From Schmidtea polychroa (taxonomy: Eukaryota), in assembly GCA_044892525.1 (NCBI GenBank), contig CM097885.1, forward strand, positions 14,014,001 to 14,078,000: 64,000 nucleotides of DNA. Reading direction: 5' to 3'. A program made the translations under genes and the position numbers. Below, one piece after another: positions 1 through 12,688 of this stretch. Within the stretch, counting starts at the first letter, position 1. Each line of letters opens with the position of its first letter. A model generated the notes under the pieces. It did not search any database, had not been told where the DNA came from, and worked only from the letters and a program-made list of their open reading frames with translations.

Positions 1-1975
1 TTAATTCAAAGAATCTTCATTATAAATTTTTGAATTTAAAAAATTAAATTAAGGATATATTAAATTTACAATACATAATATTATAATATTATAATATTAT
101 ATAAAATTATATAAAATTATACTATATAATAATATTAATGTTTAAATATGCTTAAATAACTAAAGTGTTTAAATATGTTTAAATAACTAAATTTAAATTA
201 TTTAAATATAATTCTGATTTAACGTTATTTCTTTCGTTTTAGTATCCATAAAGTAAGTAAATAAAGAATTTACTAAAATATTTTAATTATTTTACTTAGT
301 AATGAAGAAAATGAATTATATGATTATGAAGAAGATGAACCAGATAAAATGGTGAAACACTAAAAGACTTATGTTCTGGATTTAGAGATTTCTTATTAAA
401 ACATGAATTATTGGATTATGAAGAAGTTGAACCAGACAAAATGGTGAAACACTAAAGGAGTTATAGTTCCGGATTTCTTAAATGAATTAGCTGATTGGGG
501 GTGTCCTTCAACATGAATTATCAGACTTAAATTATGTAAACTTTCAACGAATGTCAAGAAAAAATGGGAAAAACCGATGTTTTATCAATTAAGTAAAGTA
601 CTCGTCATACCTGAAGAATATTATTATTAATGTAAGATATGAATTAATTCTTTAAAATATATATATTATATTTAGGTATCTGTGTTTTATGGTGGGAAAT
701 GACATTGAAAAAGTATACCACAAATAACAGTTGCCTAATTTATCAAGCCTGTGACGATAAAATGCTAGATAATGTAAGTTAATTGCTTTTAAATCAATAT
801 AAATTTTAGCAATGATAGTTGACACAGCATCAGAAACTAAGAAATATGTCCAATTTGCAAGATGTATTCCAAATGGCCCGATGGAGATGATAATTTTGAG
901 ATAGAATACCAGCAGAAGAGCGAGAAAAATTTGTAAATTAAATATAATAGGGTTGGGTGGGTCCTCTTTATCCCTTAATTAATATATATTTACAAGCTGA
1001 TCGTCGTGGTGGGCGGTTGTAATCCAACTAGTGGGAGGCCTCTGTAAATATATATTTGTGTTAGTGAAAACATTAATTAATTTGGTTATAGTGCCAATGA
1101 CGCATGTATTTTGAAATTATACGTTTCGAATGTGCTGGTAGTTGACTACCCATGCTAGGCGTAATGTTCCGTACGGAAAGCTATAATGCCCAGGTTCTTC
1201 TGACCCCACTTGGGGAGGCACAGACGACCCTTGTGGACGCGAACAAATATCCACCGTGTCTTTCAGGCACAGATATTTGGTCACTGCTCATTAGGCCTGG
1301 CAATACTAAACGCATAAACTTTGCCTTGTCTTCTCTTGTCTTGATTTTTTTTCGTTTAAATATTAAAGTATTATTTACTAACCTTAATTAATATACCCTT
1401 GCGATATGTTGAGTGTGGGTAGTACCTTTGTGACCATTACCCATAGGGGGACAGAATATTTGGTCGGATAGGCTAGGAGTATATTCACCCATGTTAAACA
1501 AGGTATGTGTATATAGAATGTATGTATAAAATTATCGCTCCTTATTGACAACTTCCTGTAAAGGCAAACACAGAATACTGCAAACATAATAATACTCTAC
1601 GCCATAACTTAGTATGTAAAAATTATTTAAGGTTTTTTCACTAATAATAATAATAATAATAATTGTTAATGGGTTGTGTGTGTGTGTAAAAAATATTTGA
1701 GGTTTTCACTAATATTGATAATAATAATGGTTTATGAGTGTTTTTATGTTTTTGACTAATATTTGCAATAATAATAATGGTTAATGGGTTGTGTGTGTGT
1801 GTGTGTAGAAAATATTTTAGGTTTTCACTAATATTGATAATAATAATTGTTAATGGGTTGTGCGTGTGTAAAAAAAAAATTTTAAGTTTTTGACTAGTAT
1901 TTGCAATAATAATAATATTGATAATAATAATTGTTAATTGGTTGTGTGTGTGTTTTTATGTTTTTGACTAATATT

Positions 1976-1978
1976 TGC

Positions 1979-2053
<75 letters not shown>
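1976..2053. repeat. (AAT)n microsatellite
   Basis: Direct. Confidence 0.95.
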
Positions 2054-2055
<2 letters not shown>

Positions 2056-2313
2056 TTAAAACTTTGAAAATAACATCTTTCGCGCGGACGTTAATATCAT
2101 TCCCAATAATAATGATGATAATAATATTTATATATCAGTAGATAGACCTCGCACTGGGCCTTAAAATGAGCTATAGATCAATAAAATCTGTTGGTGGGTA
2201 CATTAAGTTTTGAGCAAACGAAAACCAGGAGCCCGCCAGACCACTTAATAATATTTTTGAAAATAATAATAATTTATGAGTCATCGTATGAGTCATCGTT
2301 CTAAAAATACATG

Positions 2314-2349
<36 letters not shown>

Positions 2350-2744
2350 TTCTTGGGAGTTGTAATAATAATTCTTTGAAAATATCTTAGTCATTATTAA
2401 TAATACTAATAATACCTTAGCGAGTTGTTGATTGTGAGCAGTACCCTGGTGATCAGTACCCTTGTGAGCAGTACCCACAGGGGGACAGAATATTTTGTCG
2501 GATAGATTATATATAGTAATAACAACTTCCACGCGTGCGTTAATATTTTAAAAGAAAATATTGAAAATTAAAAAATAATAATATGTAATCAACGATTTAA
2601 ACAAATTATATTATTACGTATTCGATAATTAAAACAAAAAATTATATAATCAATGTTTTAAACAAAATCATATAATCAACGATTTAAACAAAATTAAATT
2701 ATTATGTAATCGATAATTAAAACAAAATTATTAGTTCTAAAAAT

Positions 2745-3460
2745 AAGAGGCATCGTTCTAAAAATATGACGTAATCATTCTAAAAATATTAGGCATCGTT
2801 CTAAAAGTATGAGGCATCGTTCTATAAATATGACGTAATCATTCTAAAATATTAGACATCGTTCTAAAATTATGACGTAATCATTCTAAAAATATTATGC
2901 ATCATTCTAAAAATATTAGGCATCGTTCTAAAATTATGACGTAATCATTCTAAAAATAAGAGGCACCATTCTAAAAATATTAGGCATCATTCTAAAATAT
3001 TAGACATCGTTCTAAAAATATTAGGCATCGTTCTAAAATTATGACGTAATCATTCTAAAAATATTAGGCATCGTTCTAAAAATATTAGGCATCGTTCTAA
3101 AAATATGATGAGTCATTGTCTTTGTTCTAAAAATGTGATGAGTCATCGTATGATAAAAATCTATATCTCATTAGAAAGTTCTTGCACAGAGCTTTAAAAT
3201 AAGCTATCGATCAATATAATATGTTGGCGGGAACATTAATCTTTGGGATGGAAAAAAAGTGTGAGCCCGCTGGGCCACTAATAATATGGCATCGTTCTAA
3301 AAATATTAGGCATTGATTACGAAATAGTTCTAAAAATATTAGACATCATTCTAAAAATATGTGGCATCGTTCTAAAATTATGACGTAATCATTCTAAAAA
3401 TATTAGGCATCGTTCTAAAATTATGACGTAATCATTCTAAAAATATTAGGCATCGTTGGG
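2745..3460. repeat. Minisatellite of ~21-22 bp units (TCTAAAAATATTAGGCATCGT / TCTAAAATTATGACGTAATCAT); also at 4081-4175
   Basis: Many tandem imperfect copies are directly visible. Confidence 0.9.
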
Positions 3461-4367
3461 TGAGTCATTGGGTGAGTCATTCTCTTTGTTCTAAAAATGT
3501 GATGAGTCATCGTATGATAAAAATCTATATCTCATTAGAAAGTTCTTGCACTGAGCTTTAAGATGAGGTATCGTCCAATAAATTCGGATAATGGGAACAT
3601 TAATTTTTGGGATGAAAAAAAGTAGGTCACCGCTGGACCAATTAATAATATTTTGGAAAATAATAATAATTTAACTTTGAAAAGATGGTGGTCATCAATT
3701 GTTAATAACATTAAAACTATTAAAGATATATAAAATACCTATAGCTCATTCGAAAGGTCTTGGACCGAGCTTTAAGATGAGGTATCGTTCAATAAATTCA
3801 GATGATAGAAACATTACTTTTGGGAAGAAAAAAAGTAGGTCACCGTTGGACCAATTAATAATATTTTGAATAATAATAATAATTTAACGTTGAAAAGATG
3901 GTGGTCATCAATTGTTAATAACATTAAAACTATTAAAGATATATAAAATACCTATAGCTCATTCGAAAGGTCTTGGACCGAACTTTAAGATGAAGTATCG
4001 GTCAATAAATTCAGATAATAGAAACATTACTTTTGGGAAGAAAAAAGTAGGTCACCGCTAGACCAATTAATTTAAAAAAAATTACGTAATAGTTCTAAAA
4101 ATATTAGGCATCGTTCTAAAAATATTAGGCATTGATTACGTAATAGTTCTAAAAATATTAGACATCGTTCTAAAAAAATTTTTCCGGGGGGGGAGGTGGG
4201 GGGTATATGTGGTCCAGCGGTGACCTGGTCTAGCTGTGACCAATCATACTACTATAACACTAAATAATTAATTATTTAAATAGTTAATTATAAATATAAA
4301 ATTTGCACACACCATTTACATTGTAATTAAATCCAATAATTTTAATAATAATAATAATAATAATAAT

Positions 4368-4997
4368 TAGGGTTGCCAACTTTTGATTCGACCAAAAGCG
4401 TTTTCAAATATTTTTACGGGTGTCCTGTTTTTCTCATACTCAAGCTCGCTGTTACTGTCACTACTACCTGAACCTGTTCCGGTTGATCTCAAAATCAAAT
4501 TGCAATTGGAAGTATCTTCTGTCGCATTTATTTCAAAGGCCTCTCTAAAAGACAAAATTTATAATTTCAAAACAAAATTACTTTTCGAAATTCGAATTAT
4601 AAATTTACTTACAGGTTATAGAGAGCAATAACAATCAACAATTAATAAAACTTAAACAAAATTATTAATTAATAAAATTATATATTTTACTTTTTAATTT
4701 CTGCATCTCAAAAATTAATTTTATAAAATACAGGAAATATCACATTGTAATTATGACAGATTTTCTGGAAATTTCAAGTAAATTGAAATATGAATTTGGA
4801 AAAATTTCTGCTGTTTCAATTCGGAAAGCAATTTTTTTTTACACCATCGAACCAAAAATTGACGATATTTTTATCCCAGCAAGCTAAAAGAGCATTTTTT
4901 CATATATCAATGAAAAGCGTGCGTATAACGTATACATGTTTGTTTTTTGCACGAAAAGCGTAGGTTATGCTTCAAAAGCGTACAGTTGGCAAACCTG
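4368..4997. mobile_element. Non-autonomous DNA transposon (hAT-like MITE) inserted in an AAT tract
   Basis: TAGGGTTGCCAACT ... AGTTGGCAAACCTG imperfect TIRs; absent from the paralogous AAT tract at 31248. Confidence 0.65.
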
Positions 4998-5329
<332 letters not shown>

Positions 5330-5533
5330 CGTTATCAATCTATTTTTTAAGTCTTTGATAGAATGGCATTAATTATTCTAAATGACCAATCAGAAAATAT
5401 TGAAATTTCTATTACTGTTTTTAGAAACGCGTTGTCATTCAATCCACGGTGGAGAATTTGATGCAATTCAGAATCACTATAAATATTCAATCTTTTCTAT
5501 TAATTTTATTGTTTGATTTCATTATTGTATTCA

Positions 5534-6162
5534 ATGGGAATACTTTTGAGTAGATTATACAAATTGCTAAACGAGTTGTCTCAATCTGATCCAAGGAGAA
5601 TCCTAATGTTGGGATTGGATGCTGCTGGTAAAACCACAATTCTATACAAATTGAAACTCAATGAAACTGTGACAACGATTCCAACAATCGCATTCAATGT
5701 GGAGGAAGTTTCAATTGGGAAAGGTTTGAAATTCACAATTTGGGATGTGGGAGGTCAAGAAAAGATTCGACAGTTATGGAGACATTACTATACGAATTGT
5801 CATGGATTGATTTATGTAGTGGACAGGAATGATGTGGAAAGGTTGAAGGAATCAAGAGATGAATTATTTACGATTGCTGAATGTGACGAGATGAGAAATG
5901 TAAATCTAGATTTGATAGGAAATTGAAATGTTTAACATTGATTCAGATTCCAATAGTGGTGATTGCAAACTAACAAGATTTACCAAATGCCATGTCACCA
6001 AGTAGAATTGTGGAAGGGTTAGAATTATCGAAACTGGAGCGCACTCACAAATGGCACCTGCAGGCATGTTGTGCAGTTTTTGGTGATGGACTGTACGAGG
6101 CATTGGAAGCAGCAGGGAAATTATCATCAGAATACTTGAAGAATTGTAAATCATTTCGGTAG
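5534..6162 (+). pseudogene. ARF/ARL-family small GTPase, copy 1 (nonsense mutation)
   Basis: MG N-terminus, [14 protein letters not shown]; 47-bp GT-AG intron 5900-5946; AAA>TAA stop at 5971-5973 inside the NKQD motif. Confidence 0.9.
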
Positions 6163-6327
6163 ATTGTTGGAAAGGTTTTCTGAATTGGAGATTGCGAGAA
6201 ATATTTTCAATAAAATTATTTTTCTGTTTTTTTATTTTGATTTTGTATTTTTGAATTATATTTGTAAAAATTTATTTAAATGAAATTCAGAACGATGCAA
6301 ATTTGTCAATTAATATTATCACAATTT

Positions 6328-7359
6328 TGTTGAGGTCCGTAAATTAAAATAAATTTAAATGAAATTTAGGGTAAGAAAAAAGACAAATAAAAGCGGGATC
6401 ATGCACAGAATTGATAGTAAAGGAAAGTGTGATGGAAGCAGTATTAGAAAATGCCAAAAGCAATTGCGAAAGGCTAGAATCCGGAAATCCGAGAAAAATC
6501 AATAAATTGTAAAATCATCGAAATCAAATTGGGAAAACGGGAGCGGTATAGATTAGCTAATGTTCAACAAGATGATGATTAGGGATTTATCATAAAATTG
6601 TTAGGAAAGGTCGAAAAGCATTCAAATGTGTACAAATAGAAAACGTATATTAATTAATTAATTGGCTAATAGAAAACCTGAGCTAATGGGAAACCCGAGC
6701 CAATGGAGAACCCGAGAGATGAAGGAAACCCGAGCTGGGTAAACAAGAAGAAAAGTAAACAGAAGGAAGATTTGGGCCCATTAGCTTGACACAATGATTA
6801 GTTGGAAAAGAGCAAGGAGAAGATAGTGCGTGTAGAAAGGCCGGACGGGCCATTAATTATCTTTGTTCGTTGGACCATTATGGGTGACAGCCAAAGCAGA
6901 TACGTGAAAGCAAATGTCAAGTGAAAGATTGGCTCGACAATAACTATTCGTCATCCCGATTTCGAAGAGTATATAAGGAAGGGGAAAATCAGAGCAAATC
7001 GGCCTTTTGCCTCAGCTAGGGTTAGAAGAAATCGAGCTTAGGAAAAGGTAAAAACGAATTTAGGAGATTAGGGAAAAAGAAGAGATAGAATAAGAATAAA
7101 AAGAGTGAGAAAGGATCAAATTAAAGGAAAAAAGGAAAACGTTGGTCAAGAGAACCTAAGGGAATAAAAGGTGAATATTATTTTTATCAAAGCATCAACA
7201 CCAAGCGGACAATCGGTCAAACGTAACTTTGACTATTATTGAGTGTTGAGAAAAGATTGTAAATTTTATTATTTCAATATACGTTGGGTCGTTATTGTTT
7301 TGATTTAAAGGACACGAGGAGTCAGAGGTAACCGACTTAAATTAACTAAAAACCCTACA
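6328..7359. mobile_element. Solo LTR (Gypsy-like)
   Basis: TGTTG...CTACA ends, 4-bp TSD ATTT; the empty site is present in ARF copy 3 (~62020-62040). Confidence 0.85.
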
Positions 7360-7580
7360 ATTTTATTCATCAAGCATAATTATTGTAATAAATTGGGTAT
7401 AAGGACAATATCCCCAAACAATATCATCCTGGACAATATCCCCATAACAATATCCCCCGGGTAATTAATTAATTTATATTTACTTGTTAATAAACTACAA
7501 TGTGTTTATTATTATATTCATACTAAAAATATGCATTACAAGAGTGGGGGTATTTGTCCAGGAGGATATTGTCCTAAACT

Positions 7581-7830
7581 CAGTGGCGGAACTTCAAATT
7601 TTGGACCCCCCGCGCAATGTAAAATATTTCCACTTACATTTTTCGGTTAAAGTTTAATACATAGTTATTCACAGCAGCCGCTATTCAATGATATTTTGTT
7701 TGTAGGCAAATATATCTGCGGGAAAAGGTTTCAGAAAATGATTGTAAATATTTTTTTAGTAATAATTTTAGTAATAATAGCTGATGGGCCCCCGCAACGC
7801 AGGGTCCTACGTCCACTAGTTACGCCACTG
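7581..7830. mobile_element. hAT-type MITE
   Basis: CAGTGGCGGAACT...AGTTACGCCACTG TIRs, 8-bp TSD CCTAAACT/CCTATACT; empty site at ~61790. Confidence 0.85.
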
Positions 7831-8863
7831 CCTATACTCAATAAATTGGCAATGCATTATTTTATAACATATTTTATTACAACATAATGTTTAAATAAGA
7901 AATCAAATATTTTATATAAAGGATAAAAATATATTCAATACACATTCTTAGGTAGGTCAGACTTTGTGTTAGATAATTATATGGGGAGAGGAGGCAAAGT
8001 TAAGGACCGTCCCAGGTAGCACAAACTCTAGCAAACTCTTGAATATATAATTAATTTTCATTCGAATTTTATGCACAGTATTGTTATGCGGAATCAGAAA
8101 ACTATACAAACTATTTTATTATTTTATTTGTAATTTTTATTTATAAATATATTGTGATAAAATGACATAATTCATCATTAATTAATAAAGTAAAAACTTA
8201 ATTTTATAGATAATTTAATTCTACTGATAAATTAATCAGTAGTTAATTCTTTTCACATTTTGATTTCGATATATAAATGAATTTTATCACTGAATAATTT
8301 ATATTTATATTTAATTTTCAAAATTTTATGACAGAAATAAAAGAATTGATTACCTAAAGCATATGATGATGAGATAAAGGGTGGCCCTTGCAAGTAAAAG
8401 CAATTGTAATTCAACTTCATGATAATCGCAGTTGAGATTATCAAAATTGGCCCGTAATCAGTAGGATTGATAATAATTATAATTATAATATTATATGAGA
8501 GAAATTATATTAATGGAATGCAAATATGTAAAATTGTGTAAAAAAGAAAATTTTCAGAACTCGTTAGAAAGGTGGAATCGAAACACTTCGGTGTAAACCG
8601 ACTACAAGCTTGAAGCCTGCAACCCAAGAACACCGATACTCATCCCAATGATTGTGATTTTCAAATTCTCTTATAAATACATTTTAAACACTTGACATTT
8701 TTTTAATAATTATTATTGCAACAAATTATTTATCGTAAATTAATTAAATTCCAGTACAAATTTGATGTTATCGATATCTCTAGCAAATATATTAATAATT
8801 TTATCTTCTTCTGAAAAATATCTCCATTAATGTCCAGCAGTATTTCTTACTATATATTGGTTC

Positions 8864-10630
8864 CATTGCAGCATTTGTATCTTATGCGCCCTTAGGCAAT
8901 ATATATTAACTCGCCCCATTATTCATATTAAAAATTAAAAAGTACAAATATACAATTAAAAATGTCAGTGGAGTACGCTTTAATTAAGTAAAATATTGCT
9001 TTTCTTACTTCGTTTTAACACATTAAAATTTTCGCCTTGATTTTTGGTCAGCAAAATCATTAATCATATCAGAATAATCTATATTTGATGTAAAATCTGT
9101 TTCTATTGATAATATAACTAAATCGTTTAAGCGTTGTTCCTTTATACTACATCTTAAATAGGTTTTCAATCTTTTCGATAACGAAAAACTGCGTTCCGCA
9201 GAACAGTTACTTAAATGCGTGCACAAAAATATTCATAAGATTATATTTATATTTGGAAAAACAGTTTACTATATAATAATTTACTGAGCTCTAATATAGA
9301 ATTTTCAGAAATTTCATTAGCTTTCAAATATGAACCCAAGTGCACACATTCTTCCATAAAACATTCATCTAAACCGTTCTTGTGTATCTGGTATAAATTT
9401 TCTGCATTTTCTAATATTAATTTAGATTGGTATTTCGTTCAATTGTTTAAAAATACAACATTTTTGTAAATTAATTCATATGCTTCAGCCTCTTTTTCAG
9501 TTCTTCACTAAGACATGAAATTAATACATGTAATGTTTTGGTTTTAAAATTCTGATTGCTATGTAATTCCGATTCTTCAATTTCATCATGAAACATTTTC
9601 CGTTTTCTTCCTCGTTTTCTTTCAAATCTTTTAACAAAAGATATTTCTTTGGCTTTAGATTCATAGTTTTCATATAAATTTGAAATTGAATTTACGAATT
9701 CAATCAAGGATTTGTATTGCTCAACAATAATTGATAAATCATTTTCAATGGATTGTAACTTTAAACTAGTAGCATTAAAACGTTCTAAAATAGATTTCCA
9801 AAATGTCATCGTAGAAGCACATTCGAGACGATTCATTTGTTTGTTAATATTTTGAGCTTGGCTTCTAACTTGAGAAGATACTATTTCATCTTGTGATATT
9901 TTTTTAAAGCTTCAGATATTCCCGCCCAGTTTTCATACAGAGCTTTGCATGCATCATACCGACAAGACCATCTTGTTTCATAAAGATATTTTATGGTTCG
10001 TCCTTTTAAAGTTGTAGTTAACACTAACCAACGACTTGTTGAAGAAGAAAAGAAATTAAAGAATTTTTGTAAAAAATTTAAAAAGGATGCTGCATCTCGG
10101 CAACAATCTGTCGCAAATTTTCCAACCAAGTTCATTGAGTGTGCTGCACAAGGTATAAAATGAGATAATTCATTGATTTTCTTAATTCGTACATGAAGTC
10201 CTGAATAAATTCCAGACATGTTTCGAGCATTATCATATGATTGTCCTCTCAATTTTTTAGTTAAATTTTATTTTTATTTAAAAATTGTATAATTTCTTTC
10301 TCCATTCTTCAGCTTTATGCGCTACATTTTCCAAAAACTTCAAAATATGTTCATCGGGGACTCCATTTTTTACATATCGAATAATAAAAGCAACTTGAGC
10401 AGTATGTGATATTTCAGGAGTGGAGTCAACACTAATTGAATAATATTTTGCTTCTCTTAATTCCTTAAATATTTGTTGTTTTACTATTACAATGTCTTCG
10501 AAAACAATTGACGATAAATATGATGTACCTACTTTTCCTGGATTTCCATATTTTTCCATATGCGCAGCTAAAAACGAGTCAAATTCGGCAACTAATTCCA
10601 TGGCCAATAATAAATTGCCATTATGAGGAA
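8864..10630 (-). pseudogene. Degraded hAT transposase (ZMYM1/DUF4371-like)
   Basis: Frameshifted fragments: YYSISVDSTP, RGQSYDNARNMSG, CAAHSMNL, ETRW, and dimerisation motif SAERSFS...LKTYLR. Confidence 0.88.
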
Positions 10631-10839
10631 GTTGATAGATTCTTAAAGATTTAATTAGAAATTTTGTTAAATTTAAAAAAAATATTTTTATCGAAAAATA
10701 TTTTAAAAGGAAAATTGAAATTTGTTTAATAATAAAACTAAGAAAGACAGGTTTTTGAGAGAAAAATTTATTGAATAAAATTTATGGAATTATTTAGTGA
10801 TTTGCAAAAAGATATTAATGTTGTAACGGATGAGAATCC

Positions 10840-12688
10840 TAATACTCCTAACTCAGGGATTCTTGATAATGCGTCCGCATTTCTGTTAATCCTTCCGGGT
10901 TTATATATAATTTTAATATGCATGTCTTGATTCTTCATTGTGCATTTCAATAATCTACTTGATGTATCCTTATGCTTCCATATCCCTTCTAATGGTGTAT
11001 GGTCTGTTTTAATAACTACCAATGTTGCATATATGTATGGCCTAAATTGTTTTAGCGCAAAAACTATGGCATAACATTCCTTTTCTATAGTTGAATATCT
11101 TAACTGTGCACCTTTTAATGTTTTACTTGCATAAGCTATTACATAATCTTTACCTTTTTCTTCTTCTTGTCCTAAACCTGCCCCTACGGCCTTCCCGTTG
11201 GCGTCCGTCATAACTATAAATTGTCTGGGTATCTTAATATTGGTGCAGTTACTAATTTTTCTTTTAGTTGATCAAAAGCTTCTTGATGTTTTGCTGTCCA
11301 TTTCTTTTGTGGTTTATTGATTTTATCGTTATTACTTTGTACTATTAATACATTTTTACTTTCTCCCTTGGTTTTTATTCCTTTTGTTAATTCTATCATC
11401 GGCGCTGCTAATTTCATAGTCTTGTAAAAATTTACGATAGTACCCTGTTAAACCTAAAAATCCTTGCACTTGTTGTAATGTTTTTGCGACTGGAAACTTT
11501 TTCACAGCTTTAATTTGATCTGGGTTTGGTGTTATGCCCTCCACACTAACAATATGTCCCAAAAATAACGCTGAGGGCTCGCCCATTTACATTTAGTTGA
11601 TTTAATTTTTACCTTTGCCTTTCCTTATTGCTGTAATACGTTTGTAATGTCTTTTAAATGTTCCTCAAATGTTTTTGATGATATTAGTATAACGTACATC
11701 TAAATTGCGCAATGTTGTACATCTACTAATATTGTTTTCAATAAACACTGGAAGGTTGCTGGTGAATTGGTTAACGCAAAAGGTAATCTTGTATACTCAA
11801 ATAGGTCGTCTTCAATGACAAAAGCTGTTTTTTCCGCATCCCCTTCCTCTATTTGGATTTGCATATAACCCTTATTTGCATCAATGACTGAAAAATATTT
11901 AGAGTCTCTTAATTTATCGTATTGTTCTTGTGCTTTTGGGAATGGGTATGAGTCTTTTACTGTTACGTCATTTAGTTTACAATAGTCAATGTACATTCTT
12001 ATTTCTCCATCTTTTTTTCTAACTGGTACTATTGGTGATGCCCACTGTGAAAACTTTGTTTAATTATGCCTGCATATTTAGTTCTTTAATTTTTCGTTTT
12101 ATTTCCTCCCTCAATTTATAAGGTACTCCATAGGGTCTTTGTTTTATAGATCTAGCATTACCTGTATCTATCATGTGTTTAATGATGTCGGTATCTCCTA
12201 AATCAAATTCATGTTTAGCGAAAACATCGTTATATTCATCAATTAAGGTTTGTAATTGTGATTGTTGATTTTCATTTAAATATTTATTATCAATTTTTAC
12301 TTTATCGTAGAAATTTATGTTATTTGGTTTACCCAGTTCGACAACGTTTTCACTCGTATTCTCTTTTATTAACATCTCACTTATTTCAATAATTTGTTCT
12401 GCTTTTCCTTCAAATAGCTTTCCTAGTTTAGTACCTTTATGTATTTTTATATTATTATTTTCATAATTTGCAATTCGTATCGGGATTATTCCGTTTTTTG
12501 GAGTTACATACTCGTCTATTAGCATTGCATTGTGATTTTTTGTGATTGCTGTATCTGGCTCAAAAATAAAAGTGTTCTCACTTTAGACATTAACTTTTAC
12601 AGGAACTATATGATCGCATTTGTATTCTAGCTCAAAAGCTTCCAAGAATTTTACCTCTGAAAATTTTGCATTACGGTGGTTTGCTTTA
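10840..12688 (-). pseudogene. Element A pol: reverse transcriptase and RNase H fragments
   Basis: IDYCKLN...DSYPFP, FEYTRLPFALTNSPATFQ, FLGLTGYYRKF, TDA...IAYASK...YSTIEKECYAI, KTDH, ADALSR. Confidence 0.9.

Larger units (their letters stand above)
1..4253. mobile_element. Probable right end (repeat-rich terminal region) of a second, different Polinton/Maverick
   Basis: Ends in ...CATACTACT (reverse complement AGTAGT...) at 4253 after a G-rich tract. Similarity to the sequence upstream of the second ARF copy (~31150) starts right after 4253. No Polinton ORF is visible in this part. Confidence 0.45.

Noticed and set aside
2745..3460. Regularly spaced repeats superficially like a CRISPR array
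   Set aside because: No unique spacers, no cas genes and a eukaryotic context; it is a minisatellite.
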